NCBI GenBank assembly: GCA_041601615.1
Contig: JBFIHX010000002.1
Coordinates: 96,001 to 160,000 of the forward strand
Source of the DNA: Thermoplasmatota archaeon
Lineage (GTDB): Archaea > Thermoplasmatota > E2 > JACPAO01 > JAHFTW01
Direction: 5' to 3'
DNA length: 64,000 bases
The translations under genes and the position numbers were made by a program. The notes beneath the pieces were generated by a model. The model did not search any database and was not told the origin of the DNA. It saw only the letters and a program-made list of their open reading frames with translations. Below, piece by piece: positions 50,522-60,574 of this stretch (position 1 is its first letter; every line of letters begins with the position of its first letter).

Positions 50522-52258
50522 ATGGCCCGGCTCGACGTACACGGAGGCGCCATCCTCATCGACGCGCCCCCAAGCCCGCGCCTGCCGGTCGTTATGAAAC
50601 GGATCCGCGCCCAGCGCCGCGACCGCCTCTGGACCACCCCCTCCCATCGCGGCCTCGATGTCATCGACATGCTGCACCACACCGCGATTGAACGCAGCCC
50701 CGCCTTCGACGACCTAGAATACAGACTCCTGTACGGCAGCGACATGGACCACGTCCAAGCCTGCCTTGCCCTCAAACGGGGACTCGAACCGCCAGGCACC
50801 ATGCCGGAGCTCCGCAAGCCCCTCTACCCATACCAGGAGCAAGCCGTGGCCTTCTTGGACCGCGCCGGCAGCGGCATTCTGGCCGACGAACCCGGCCTCG
50901 GTAAGACCCTGCAAGGAATCTCCTTCGCCCTCCTTCGCCCAGGCCCCTGTCTCGTGGTCTGCCCCGCCACCGCCAAGCACGTCTGGGCCCGCGAAGTCGC
51001 CGCAAGCAGCAATGAAACCGCCGCGATTCTGCAAGGCACCAAACCCCAAACCCTCCCCGACGCCAAGTTCCTCATCATCAACTACGACGTGCTTGAACAC
51101 CACGAAGAAGCACTCGCCGCACACGGCTTTACAACACTCATTGCCGACGAAGCCCACCGCGCCAAAAACATCCGCGCCAGGCGCACCAAGGCCCTCATTC
51201 GACTCGCCGACCAGATCCCACGCAAGCTCTTGCTCTCCGGGACACTGCTGATGAACAGCCCCGAAGACCTGTTCCCCCCGCTGCGCATTGTCCGACCCGA
51301 AGTCTACCCCGACTTTGGCGCCTTCTGCGACCGCTACATGCATACGCGCAGCATCAAGAAAAAAGTCCGAGGCCGCCTCAAGAGCCAAACCGTGCGCGAA
51401 GGCAGCCAACGCCTGCCCGAATTGCACCACCGCATGGACGCCTTCACCATCCGCCGCACACTCGCCCAAGTGCGCGACCAACTACCAGAACTACGCCACA
51501 CCTTCCTCGAAATCGACCTCCCGGACGACCTACGAACCGCATACCGCACACGCATCGGCCCCGCCGTGCGCGCCGGCCCCGGAGCCGAACGGTTGCGGGC
51601 CGCCAACGACGCCCTCAGCGTCTGCATCGAAGCCAAATCCCGCGTCCTTGCCGACCTCGTAGAAGACCGCCTCGCCCTCGACGGCCGCAAAACGCTCGTC
51701 TTCAGCACCCGCCTCGCCCTCCTGGACGCCGTGGACCAACGGCCGCGCATCCACAAAGCCGCCTTGCGCATCGACGGCTCCGTACCCGCCGATACCCGAC
51801 GGGCCATCGAAGACCAATTCCAGACCGACGATTCCGTCCGAGTATTTCTGGGCCAAACCCGCGCTTGCGGCGAAGCCCTAACGCTCGACGCCGCCGATAC
51901 CGTACTGATTGCTGAAGCCGACTGGTCTCCCCAAGCCAACGAACAAGCCATCCGACGCGCCCTTCGGATCAACACCGACCACCCCGTCGAAGTGGTCTGG
52001 CTCGTGGTGCGTGGTACCCTCGACGAAGCCCGGCTCGCGGTACTGGAGCGCAAAAAGGCGGAGTTCGGCATCGTCATGGACGGCGCCAATCCGGAAGACC
52101 TCCTACGCGAAGCGCTGCACGGTTGCCAGGAACCCGCTCAATCTTCGCGCCTGGACCAAGCAACCCCCGCCACGAGCACCGCCACCATGAGCAACACAAA
52201 TGCCGCCGGACTTTCCTCTGCGGGCTCCTCTTTGCCACCTTGCGTATACGCCGAGTAG
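50522..52258 (+). CDS. SNF2-family helicase (HARP/SMARCAL1-like)
   Basis: LYPYQ, LADEPGLGKT, VCPA, DEAH, LSGT, RIDG, GEALTL..A, QAIRRALR. Confidence 0.9.
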   Translation: MARLDVHGGAILIDAPPSPRLPVVMKRIRAQRRDRLWTTPSHRGLDVIDMLHHTAIERSPAFDDLEYRLLYGSDMDHVQACLALKRGLEPPGTMPELRKPLYPYQEQAVAFLDRAGSGILADEPGLGKTLQGISFALLRPGPCLVVCPATAKHVWAREVAASSNETAAILQGTKPQTLPDAKFLIINYDVLEHHEEALAAHGFTTLIADEAHRAKNIRARRTKALIRLADQIPRKLLLSGTLLMNSPEDLFPPLRIVRPEVYPDFGAFCDRYMHTRSIKKKVRGRLKSQTVREGSQRLPELHHRMDAFTIRRTLAQVRDQLPELRHTFLEIDLPDDLRTAYRTRIGPAVRAGPGAERLRAANDALSVCIEAKSRVLADLVEDRLALDGRKTLVFSTRLALLDAVDQRPRIHKAALRIDGSVPADTRRAIEDQFQTDDSVRVFLGQTRACGEALTLDAADTVLIAEADWSPQANEQAIRRALRINTDHPVEVVWLVVRGTLDEARLAVLERKKAEFGIVMDGANPEDLLREALHGCQEPAQSSRLDQATPATSTATMSNTNAAGLSSAGSSLPPCVYAE

Positions 52259-53448
52259 GGACCAAGCCCGCCGCCTAGATCCTTGAAGCCACTCGCAGCC
52301 CCTCCTGTGACCGAAGGAATCGCCTGCTCCGAACTGGAGGGCCCTTCGGCAACGCCGGCCTGCTCCGCGTACAGGATGCAGCAACCGCCGTAGCGAGCCG
52401 TGCCCTGTGCTACCCGCACCTCCATGAATTCGACCCCGCCCGGCGCGGCTCGCACTTCGCCCTCCCAGGGAAAATAGCCCTCCGCGTAGAGGTAGAGTTG
52501 CGTCAAACCGCTGCGCACCGCCGCTCGAAACGAGCCATCTGCGTCCGTCTTGGCCACCGCCCATCCATAGGAATCTTGGTTGCCAAATCCAATCTCGACA
52601 CCCGGCATCGGAGCACCCGTGGCCGCATCAAGCACATATCCCTCAATGGTCGCATCCGGCCCGGGTCGTGCCGGGAGATCCACGTCCATGCGCGTCGTCT
52701 GGCCCGCAGGCAAATCCACCACGCGCACATGCGAGTAATACTCAGGACCCTCATCGCGCCAGGATTCATGATAGAACCGAACAATGCTGTACCCGGGCGT
52801 GATATCGCCGGCAAACCGTCCGTCGCTTTGCACCTCAATGGCGCAGCCGGCAAAAAAATCAGGTACCGGGGACGCAATGAGTTCCGCCGAAGCAGACCCC
52901 ACAATACTCGGTGCGCCAGGCTCCTCAATCGGCCGTGGAACGGGCGGCTGTTCGCCCTCGACGAAACTGCACTCGTAGATTCCATACTCGGGATTCTGCA
53001 CACTGACCGACACGGAACGCAACGGCGAACCGGCACCCATCACTTGGCCCTCGATGCGCGCGGTTTTCGCGGGATACTTCAGAACGTCGATCACTATGTT
53101 TTGGTCGCCGGCCACAACAAGTTCGCGCCACTCGGAAGTGTAGCCTTCGCGCCAAACTTGGAGACTGGCTTGCCCCACGCGCACCGGGAGCATGAACTGT
53201 CCGGCGTCGTCGCTCGTGGCGTTTGCTTCCCGGAAGGTCCCGTCAATGACATCGCAGCTCTCTTGTCCGTCCGATTGGACCCGACATTCCACGGCGCCGT
53301 ATTGGTAGAGCCAGACCAACGCGCCAGAGACAGGCACTTCCTCTTGGTCGAGGACCATGCCGGTGAGGGTGAAGTCCTGGGCTGAAGCGGTCGATAACGC
53401 GAACAGTAGGATTGCCACAACAGACGCCCGAAGCACGGACCGGTCCAT
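52138..53448 (-). CDS. Secreted protein with repeated carboxypeptidase-regulatory-like (Cna-B-type) domains and C-terminal anchor
   Basis: LTGMVLD..PVSGA, IEGYVLDAATGAPMPG, TDADGSF; ESPAA + TM + SRRED. Confidence 0.75.
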   Translation of the reverse strand: MDRSVLRASVVAILLFALSTASAQDFTLTGMVLDQEEVPVSGALVWLYQYGAVECRVQSDGQESCDVIDGTFREANATSDDAGQFMLPVRVGQASLQVWREGYTSEWRELVVAGDQNIVIDVLKYPAKTARIEGQVMGAGSPLRSVSVSVQNPEYGIYECSFVEGEQPPVPRPIEEPGAPSIVGSASAELIASPVPDFFAGCAIEVQSDGRFAGDITPGYSIVRFYHESWRDEGPEYYSHVRVVDLPAGQTTRMDVDLPARPGPDATIEGYVLDAATGAPMPGVEIGFGNQDSYGWAVAKTDADGSFRAAVRSGLTQLYLYAEGYFPWEGEVRAAPGGVEFMEVRVAQGTARYGGCCILYAEQAGVAEGPSSSEQAIPSVTGGAASGFKDLGGGLGPYSAYTQGGKEEPAEESPAAFVLLMVAVLVAGVAWSRRED

Positions 53449-53665
53449 GCGCGCAGGACGGGAGCGTGCCGGGTTGAGGCGATTCCCCACGACGGGCGGT
53501 CAAGGCGCTTGGCGGGCGCCGGGTCAATCCATGAAGTCCGACAGTCTTCGCTCGGAGGGTGCTCTGAGCGCCGCCATTTGCGAGAGAAGCATCGGGTGCC
53601 GACCCTTTGAACACCAAGTTCGACGAGCTGAGCCTGCCCCGCTTCATTCCACATTCCAGCACGCC

Positions 53666-53694
53666 GAGTTTAAACTCAAATCGAGTTTAAACTC
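53666..53694. promoter_or_regulatory. Two direct copies of the palindrome GAGTTTAAACTC
   Basis: 53666-53677 and 53683-53694, each containing TTTAAA. Confidence 0.55.
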
Positions 53695-53717
53695 CGGCCC
53701 GACACAACGCGAATGAA

Positions 53718-55058
53718 CTACGCCCGCCCAAACACACCAAGCGGTCCGAGCACGTCTTGGACGAAGTGGTGCCCGCGCACGCCGAGGGCGCCCGACTCGT
53801 ACACGACACCTTCGTGGACAATGATGTCCCAGACATTGGTGCCGGGTTCTCGGTCGAAGCCCAGCACGGCGGGAGCGAATTGTAGCTTGGGCGTGCTGAT
53901 GTCGAGCACAAAGATGCCAAGGCCATAGTGGGCGAGGTACACCTTGCCGTCTTCGACCTGAATGTTGTGGGTGCTGGTGATTTCCTCGCCGGGGACCATG
54001 TCGCGGCCGGCGGGGGCTTGATCGGGGTTTTCCCAAGTACCTAGGAGTTTGATGTCGGCGGGATTGGTGGTGTCCCAGACGTAGACGATGCTGCGGTCGG
54101 TGCCAAGAACGTAGTGCGTGCCGCCCACGACCGCGAATCCTACTTCGACGCTGCCGACGGTGATGCGTCGGTCGCCGATCCAGTCGGTCACGGTGGTGTG
54201 CAGGTTGCCCTCGTGTCCTTCAGGGAAGGCATTCCATCCTCCCAGTTCCACGGGTGCCGCGGGGTCGGTGACGTCGACGATGCGCAATCCCGCGTCCCAG
54301 TAACTGACATACATCAAGGTGCGGCCGTCGGGCTCGTTCATGACAAACATGTCGTGCGCGTAAAGCTGGTAGTATGCGTCCAGAACCTCAGGGTCGCGGT
54401 TGACGTCGGTCACCGGGTTGGCTGCGTATCGGCTGACCTCGTGCAGGGTTCCCGTTTCGCGATCAAAGTGGTTGATGCTGATGTCCGCGTTGGCGCCGAA
54501 CACCCACTCCGTGCCATCGGGTTGCTGGTGGTAGAACACCATATGCGGGCCGCGCAGAGGGCCGACGGGGAGGTAGGAGACGATCTTGGGCGCGGTCTTG
54601 TCGGCAAAATCCAGGACATAGAAGCCGCCGGCGCGCAGAGGTGTTCCGCCAAGGGGGGCCATGCTCAGTTGTTCGTCGTTGCCCACGAATGCCCACATGC
54701 CGTCGTCGCTCACTTTCACGTCCTTGGCTCCGGGAACGTCAATGCTGGAAACCGTCTCCAGGCCCAAGGACCCGTCGGCGTTCCAAGTGCGCTCTAGGAT
54801 GTAGATGGTGCTGCCACGGTCCACGAACACGTAGTCGCCCCAGGCGTCCACTTCCTCGCCGCCGCCTTCGCCCCAAATGCCTAGGTGGTGCATATTGGCC
54901 GAGACGTTGCCCCCGGACCAAGCCGCAAGCACGTCTTCCAGCACAATTGCCGGAGGGCGCTTGCCAAGGTCATCTTGATTGTCGGAGTCGCCTTCGTCGT
55001 CAAGGCACCCCGCCAGGGTGGTTAATCCGAGGACTGCAACAAGCATCCAGGAGCGCAT
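53718..55058 (-). CDS. LVIVD-repeat beta-propeller lipoprotein
   Basis: LAGC lipobox; FYVLDF, LRIVDVTDP, YVWDTTNP, IFVLDISTP. Confidence 0.82.
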   Translation of the reverse strand: MRSWMLVAVLGLTTLAGCLDDEGDSDNQDDLGKRPPAIVLEDVLAAWSGGNVSANMHHLGIWGEGGGEEVDAWGDYVFVDRGSTIYILERTWNADGSLGLETVSSIDVPGAKDVKVSDDGMWAFVGNDEQLSMAPLGGTPLRAGGFYVLDFADKTAPKIVSYLPVGPLRGPHMVFYHQQPDGTEWVFGANADISINHFDRETGTLHEVSRYAANPVTDVNRDPEVLDAYYQLYAHDMFVMNEPDGRTLMYVSYWDAGLRIVDVTDPAAPVELGGWNAFPEGHEGNLHTTVTDWIGDRRITVGSVEVGFAVVGGTHYVLGTDRSIVYVWDTTNPADIKLLGTWENPDQAPAGRDMVPGEEITSTHNIQVEDGKVYLAHYGLGIFVLDISTPKLQFAPAVLGFDREPGTNVWDIIVHEGVVYESGALGVRGHHFVQDVLGPLGVFGRA

Positions 55059-55135
55059 GGGCGCTCGACGACGGGCCCAGTTGATGAGTATTGTCGTGGG
55101 CTAGCAGCGAAACAAGGTCCGCCGGGCCAACCAGG

Positions 55136-55450
55136 TCAACGCTGAACTCGAAAGTCCACGAACGAACCCTGGGCAGTTTCGTCCTCCGCGTGCACCGCCG
55201 TCACCACGGCCCGTTCTGGCCCATGGCGGCACCAAGCAAGCCATTGATCCACGGCAGCAGCCGGTCCCTCCGCCACCGCCTCCACGCGCCGATCCGGTAA
55301 ATTGCGCACCCAGCCCACGACACCGAGCGCCTCCGCCGCCTTTTTGGTGGACTCGCGAAAGTAGACGCCTTGGACGCGCCCAGAAACCCAGATGTGCACC
55401 CGCTTCTGGCCCGCACCTCCAGGTTCGCCGGGCGCGCCCGCGTCGCTCAA
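55136..55450 (-). CDS. acyP: Acylphosphatase
   Basis: VSGRVQGVYFR, GWVRNLPD, W...GP. Confidence 0.93.
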   Translation of the reverse strand: MSDAGAPGEPGGAGQKRVHIWVSGRVQGVYFRESTKKAAEALGVVGWVRNLPDRRVEAVAEGPAAAVDQWLAWCRHGPERAVVTAVHAEDETAQGSFVDFRVQR

Positions 55451-56268
55451 CCAGGCACCTGCCGAACGTGCACGTCGGTCTGGGGATACGGAATCGAACA
55501 ACCAGCGTCGGCGATAGCCTTCTTCACGGTCTCATGCAGGTCCGCCTTGGTCTGCCAGAAATCCCCCGTCTGCACCCACGGCCGCACTTGCAAATCGACG
55601 CTGCTGGCGCCGAGCCCTGTGATGCGCACACTCGGAGCCGGATCCGAGAGCACCCTGGAGTCGGACGCGACAGCCGCGAGAATGGCGCGCGTGGCAGCAC
55701 CAATATCGTCGTCGTAGCCGATGCCCACCATCACGTCCGCCCGTCGCTTGTCGTTGCGCGTGTGGTTGATGATGGTGCCCCCAAGCACATTGCCATTCGG
55801 GAGCGTAATGATGCGACCGTCCGCCGCCTTCAGCGTCGTGAGCGCGAGGCCCAAATCCACCACGTCGCCATCTTGGCCCGCCACGGTGATGGTGTCGCCT
55901 ACGTTGAACGGCCGGTAGAACAAGAGCATCACGCCCGCCGCGAGGTTGCCAAGCGTATCCTTGAGCGCGAAGCCTATGACGAAGCCGCCGATGGCAAGCC
56001 CGCCAAGCATCGCCCCCACGTTGACCCCAGCGACGCCGAGTGTGAAGACAACCACGAGCGCCCAACCGACCACATCCACGATGGTGTCCAGGAAGCTTCG
56101 CAGCGTTGCGTCGATGCGCTTCTCCCGTTGCAATGCGCTGTCGACAGTCTTGACGACGATCTTCAGGAAAAAATACCCCGCAATCAGGGTCAGGGCGACC
56201 AATGTGGCGCGCTGGCTCCAGCCGGGGAGGGCCTGGAAGCCCGTCTGGAGGTCTGATAGGAACGTCAT
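55447..56268 (-). CDS. mscS: Small-conductance mechanosensitive channel
   Basis: IGFALKDTLGNLAAG, RPFNVGD, PN, VGIGYDDD, IPYPQ. Confidence 0.93.
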   Translation of the reverse strand: MTFLSDLQTGFQALPGWSQRATLVALTLIAGYFFLKIVVKTVDSALQREKRIDATLRSFLDTIVDVVGWALVVVFTLGVAGVNVGAMLGGLAIGGFVIGFALKDTLGNLAAGVMLLFYRPFNVGDTITVAGQDGDVVDLGLALTTLKAADGRIITLPNGNVLGGTIINHTRNDKRRADVMVGIGYDDDIGAATRAILAAVASDSRVLSDPAPSVRITGLGASSVDLQVRPWVQTGDFWQTKADLHETVKKAIADAGCSIPYPQTDVHVRQVPG

Positions 56269-56402
56269 TGTCGGGCCAATGAGGCTACGGGTAAGAGGCT
56301 GGTGGGCGGCTGCGCCGTGTCAGTCATGCCGCATTCATCCCCAGTCTTGCTTTTTGTAGGCGATGCTCATGCAGCGCCGGCCAAACACGGCCGGTGAATT
56401 CC

Positions 56403-56612
56403 ATGAAGACCTCAGCCCTCCTCGTAGCAAGCCTGCTCCTGATCGGCGCCATCGCAGTGACCCCGAGCGCCAGCGCCATCGACTGTAGCCAGTCCCCGAA
56501 TGTGGTTCGCGCAACGTGCGATACCGCGCAAGCCGCCATCGACAACTACCTGCCCATCCTTGTGTGCATTCTGTTCGACGAGGGCCCGGCAAACTGGGGC
56601 AAGTGCCTCTAA
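56403..56612 (+). CDS. Small secreted 4-Cys peptide
   Basis: Signal peptide ending TPSASA; GGTGA SD. Confidence 0.7.
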   Translation: MKTSALLVASLLLIGAIAVTPSASAIDCSQSPNVVRATCDTAQAAIDNYLPILVCILFDEGPANWGKCL

Positions 56613-56696
56613 TCCTGCCGACTCTGGCACTCTTCCCCTCTCTCCATTTTGCTGATGGCTTGCGCCGAGCCGGACTCATCCGGCACCCTTGACGCC

Positions 56697-57953
56697 TCAG
56701 ACCAACCGCGTCGCCAGCAAATCATCACTGGCGTGGTACACCCATCCATCGTAGTACATGGAGTCCCAAGTGCTTCCTTGTGGCGGCTGCACATCGAGCA
56801 CCGTGGGGGCGGCTAGGTCCGTGAAATCCACAAGCACGGTGCCGCCTTCGTACCAGCCCATGACGAACGCTTCGTGCCCGGGGATGATGTCTCCAAAGTG
56901 GGCACCGCAGTTGCCTTCGAGGGGGCTTGGCGGGGCTCCGTCTCCGCTCCAGCCGCTTGGGTTTTGGACGTATGCCTTCTGGACGGGGCTGGTTTCGTCG
57001 CTGATGTCGTAGATCCATGCAGCAGCGAGGGGAACTTGGTCTTCGCTGCCAACTCCGGGGATGTCTGCGTCCATGCAGTTGTTTGCGCCGGCGGGCACGT
57101 TGGGCAGGAAGGGCCCCACGTATTCGTCGTTGATGATGAGCACGGTGCCGGCGTCGTTTGCGAACGCTTGGTGGTGGTACTTGATGCGCGGGTCGTCGAT
57201 GGCAGAGAGCCAGACGGGGGCGAGCGGGTCTGTGATGTCCCAGATGAAGGTCTCGCCACCAAGGCCGTAGTATTTGCCTCCGCCACCGGCACAGTAGGCG
57301 CGGTTCAAGTCCACTCGTACGCTGATGTCGTGGCAGCCGTTGCTTTCGACCACGGTCGTGCCGATGAGGCGCGGAATCGGGAAGCTGTGCGACACGGGGG
57401 CAGCGGGGTCCGTGATGTCGAGCACGTCGACGCGGTACAGGTCGCCGCTGGAGCCGCTGCTGTAGGCGTAGGGCGTGCCGGGTACGGCCGCGAGGTTGTG
57501 CACGCCTCCGGAGGGGAGCGTCGTGGTGGACACGAGCACGAGGTCACGGGGGTCCGTGGCGTCCACGATGTGCACGCCGTTGCCGCCGCCCGCCAGGAGC
57601 GCATAGGTGCGACCTTGCCATTCGAGCACGTCCACGTCGCGGGCGCCATTGATGCTCGTAAGGTTGCCAAGAATCACGACGTTTTGCGCGTCGCGTGCGT
57701 CAGCGGTCCAGAGTTCGCCGCCGTTGGTCCAGAACAAGACCCCCTGGTGCAGCCAAATGCCTTGGCCGCCGCCGGGCATTTCCTTCGACACCGTCTCGCC
57801 GAATTGGCTGAACGAAACAGGCGGAAGGAGTTCGCCTGCAATGCCGGTGTAGATGGGGTCTGGACCGGTGTCGACGGGGCCCGTGGCGTCGTTGTCGAGG
57901 CAACCTGCGAGGGTGCCGACGGCGAGAACGAGGAGGACCGTGATGGCGCGCAT
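56697..57953 (-). CDS. LVIVD-repeat beta-propeller lipoprotein
   Basis: LAGC lipobox; HIVDATDP, VLDITDP, CHDI, IWDITDP, VLVDFTD. Confidence 0.82.
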   Translation of the reverse strand: MRAITVLLVLAVGTLAGCLDNDATGPVDTGPDPIYTGIAGELLPPVSFSQFGETVSKEMPGGGQGIWLHQGVLFWTNGGELWTADARDAQNVVILGNLTSINGARDVDVLEWQGRTYALLAGGGNGVHIVDATDPRDLVLVSTTTLPSGGVHNLAAVPGTPYAYSSGSSGDLYRVDVLDITDPAAPVSHSFPIPRLIGTTVVESNGCHDISVRVDLNRAYCAGGGGKYYGLGGETFIWDITDPLAPVWLSAIDDPRIKYHHQAFANDAGTVLIINDEYVGPFLPNVPAGANNCMDADIPGVGSEDQVPLAAAWIYDISDETSPVQKAYVQNPSGWSGDGAPPSPLEGNCGAHFGDIIPGHEAFVMGWYEGGTVLVDFTDLAAPTVLDVQPPQGSTWDSMYYDGWVYHASDDLLATRLV

Positions 57954-58266
57954 GCGGGAGCGGGTGGGTTCGAGGAGCTTAGGGATTGTGGCGGTGCCTG
58001 TGCGGGGGAGTGAATTGGAGACAACTCTGAACGCTTTGAGTCCGATTGGTCCCAATGCGTGGATGGACTCTCGCCATCTTTGCCCGATTCGTCCTGCGGA
58101 TGGTTGCGCCAGCTGCTACTGCGGAGACCTCTATGTGTACAACAGTGGAGCGTTTGGGCTCGGGCATCAATGCCAGGTACAGTCCATACCCTCCGCCCTC
58201 TGCGTGGGTCCAGGTGCTAGATTACCGGGTGACGGTGATACCCTTCGAATGCTTGTAAGACGCCGT

Positions 58267-59037
58267 TTATGCGCGCACCACATCCCGCACACTTGCCTGA
58301 TCCGTCGGATACAACACCAACTCTTGCACGTTGACGTGTCCAGGGCGGCCAACGCACCATAGGATGGTCTCCGCCACGTCCGCCGCCGTGAGCGCTCGCG
58401 TGTCCGAGTACACTGCCGCCGCTCGTTCCTTGTCGCCGTGGAAGCGCACCTCGGAGAATTCGGTTTCTACGAGGCCGGGTTCGATGTTGGTGACGCGAAG
58501 TCCAGTGCCTTGCGCGTCGAGTCGGATGCCTTCACTCAGAGCCCGCACTGCGAATTTGCTGGCACAGTACACGGCGCCGCCGGGGTAGGTCCAGCGGCCG
58601 GCGACACTGCCCAGGTTCACGAGGTGTCCTTTGCGCTTGATGAGGTTGGGCAGCGCCTTTCTCGTGATGTAGAGAAGCCCCTTGACGTTGACGTCGATCA
58701 TTTGCTCCCAGTCGTCGACACTCGCTGCTTGGATGGGGTCGGTGCCGCGTGCGAGGCCTGCATTGTTGACAAGAATGTCCACGTCGAACACTTCCGGGTG
58801 CTTGGCAGCTATGCGATCCACGGCGGTGCGATCGCTTACATCCAGGACGACGGGGGTGACGTGCGCGGCGTGCTCGTCTGCCCATTTCGCGGCGAGTTCT
58901 TGGAGCCGATCTTCGCGTCGGCCGACCAAGAAGACGTGGCTGGCGCCGGCCGCACAGAACGCTTCGGCGGTTGCTGCTCCGATGCCTGCGGTGGCTCCGG
59001 TGACGAGGACTCGGCGGCCTTGGACGGGGTGTCGCAC
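58267..59037 (-). CDS. SDR oxidoreductase (YdfG-like 3-hydroxy acid dehydrogenase)
   Basis: TGATAGIG, NNAGLARG, YPGGAVYCASK, IEPGLVETEFS.VRF. Confidence 0.92.
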   Translation of the reverse strand: MRHPVQGRRVLVTGATAGIGAATAEAFCAAGASHVFLVGRREDRLQELAAKWADEHAAHVTPVVLDVSDRTAVDRIAAKHPEVFDVDILVNNAGLARGTDPIQAASVDDWEQMIDVNVKGLLYITRKALPNLIKRKGHLVNLGSVAGRWTYPGGAVYCASKFAVRALSEGIRLDAQGTGLRVTNIEPGLVETEFSEVRFHGDKERAAAVYSDTRALTAADVAETILWCVGRPGHVNVQELVLYPTDQASVRDVVRA

Positions 59038-59181
59038 GAGGCGTGGAGTTGTGGTGGGGCTGATGGTCGTTTGGTCCGGGCTCGGCGAAGCTCATCACTT
59101 AGTGTCACAGCGGGGCCCAGGGGGCGGCGGGCACAGGGACATACCCGAGGCCCTATGTGGGAGCGGAGAGTGGACGCATTC

Positions 59182-60141
59182 GTGGGTGTCAACCTTCGTG
59201 ATCTGTTTCCTCCGTACGACGTAGCTGAGAGCTGGTACGACGGGAAGACGATCGCCATCGACGCGCACAATGTCAGCTTCCGGTACCTGACGACCATGCG
59301 GGGCCGCGACGGAGACATGCTCAAAAACGACGACGGGCGCGTCACGGGCCACATGATTGGGTTCATGAATTTGGTTCGCAACTTGCGCTCGCGTGGCGCC
59401 GAACCGGTGCTTGTCTGGGACGGCCCAGTGCACCCACGCAAGCGCGCCACCGTAGACGCCCGCCGTGCCAAGCGCGACGAAACGCTCGCTCGTGCAGAGG
59501 CGGCACAGGCTGCCGGCGACATGCGGGAGTACGCTCGACTCATGCGCGGGACCGTGTACATCACCCCGCAAATGATCAGCGACTGTACGCAACTCATGGA
59601 ATCCGTGGGTGTTGCGGTGGTGACGGCGGACCACGACGGGGAGCGATTTGCCGCCGCTATGTGCTTGGCTGGGCACGCGGACGCTGTTGCCACGGAGGAC
59701 TTTGATGCCCTCGTTGCGGGTGCTCCTGAAGTGCTTCGCAAGGCGGGCGGCGCGGAGCCTTGGCTTCTGAAACTGTCGGACTTGGAGCGCAACAAGATGA
59801 CCCAGGCGCAGCTTCGCCAAGTCGCTGTTCTGTGTGGCACCGATTGGCACCCCGGCGTCAAGGGGTTCGGCGCCAAGACCGCTGTGCGGGCCCTCAAGGA
59901 GTACCCAGATCTGGCCGTGCTGTTTGACGAAGTGGAAGCAGGCCGCAAGGATACCCGCTACCACACCATGGTGGCCAAGTCAGACATGGACGGCGACACA
60001 TTCCGTGCACTGGACCATTTCATCGCCGACTTGCCCGTGCCGGAGGCCCCCAAGCGCGCCAAGCCCTGCCCCGATATGGCGACCGCCGCGGCCGAGGATC
60101 TTGGATTGCAGTCGGCGCGTGTGCTTGGCTGCTTTGTCTAG
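59182..60141 (+). CDS. fen: Flap endonuclease 1-like nuclease (divergent)
   Basis: GVNLRDL, IAIDAHN, R..DG..L....GRVTGH, VWDG, DGE, EDFD, GTDWHPGVKGFGAKTA; no canonical PIP box. Confidence 0.8.
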   Translation: MGVNLRDLFPPYDVAESWYDGKTIAIDAHNVSFRYLTTMRGRDGDMLKNDDGRVTGHMIGFMNLVRNLRSRGAEPVLVWDGPVHPRKRATVDARRAKRDETLARAEAAQAAGDMREYARLMRGTVYITPQMISDCTQLMESVGVAVVTADHDGERFAAAMCLAGHADAVATEDFDALVAGAPEVLRKAGGAEPWLLKLSDLERNKMTQAQLRQVAVLCGTDWHPGVKGFGAKTAVRALKEYPDLAVLFDEVEAGRKDTRYHTMVAKSDMDGDTFRALDHFIADLPVPEAPKRAKPCPDMATAAAEDLGLQSARVLGCFV

Positions 60142-60268
60142 CGCGCGCCCATGTTCGTACATTGCCGGTCGTGAAATTCAGACTAAGCAAGGCTGGGCGA
60201 GGCGCCGCGATTGCAGCATTCCCTTCGAGAGAATGACGAATTTCGCGTGCGGGGCACCTGAGCTTTCA

Positions 60269-60574
60269 ACCCCTTCATTTCCTGTGGAACCCAATGCCGT
60301 CGGCACGTTCCCAGGTTTTATTCGTTGTTTACAAAACAAAAAGAAAGCGAGGAACTGCGGGAAGTCCCTGTTTGAGGCAGTTCATCCCTTGCCCGCAGCC
60401 CGAATGCATCCCATCCGATCGAGAGGCCAACCGAATGTCCCCCGAGGGGGTCCAAATTCCAACAAGCGCGTGGGGTATACAGATTCATTGGTAACTAATG
60501 CGAGGCTTTCAGATGGGACCAGTGGAAGCTCTGTTACCAGTTTCTCTGTAGGGTTCCACCGGAAGTCATGGGGT
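60269..60574. other. Candidate replication origin segment A (inverted ORB-like elements)
   Basis: GTTCCACAGGAAATGAAGGGGT (-, 60269-60290) and GTTCCACCGGAAGTCATGGGGT (+, 60553-60574), with an A/T tract at about 60315-60348. Confidence 0.6.

Noticed and set aside
52138-52258. 121-bp convergent overlap of SNF2 and surface-protein genes as an antisense system
   Set aside because: The SNF2 tail there is low-information read-through, which is common in high-GC genomes.
50522-52258. SNF2 helicase as part of a defence island
   Set aside because: No methylase, nuclease or other defence partner is adjacent; the neighbours are surface proteins.
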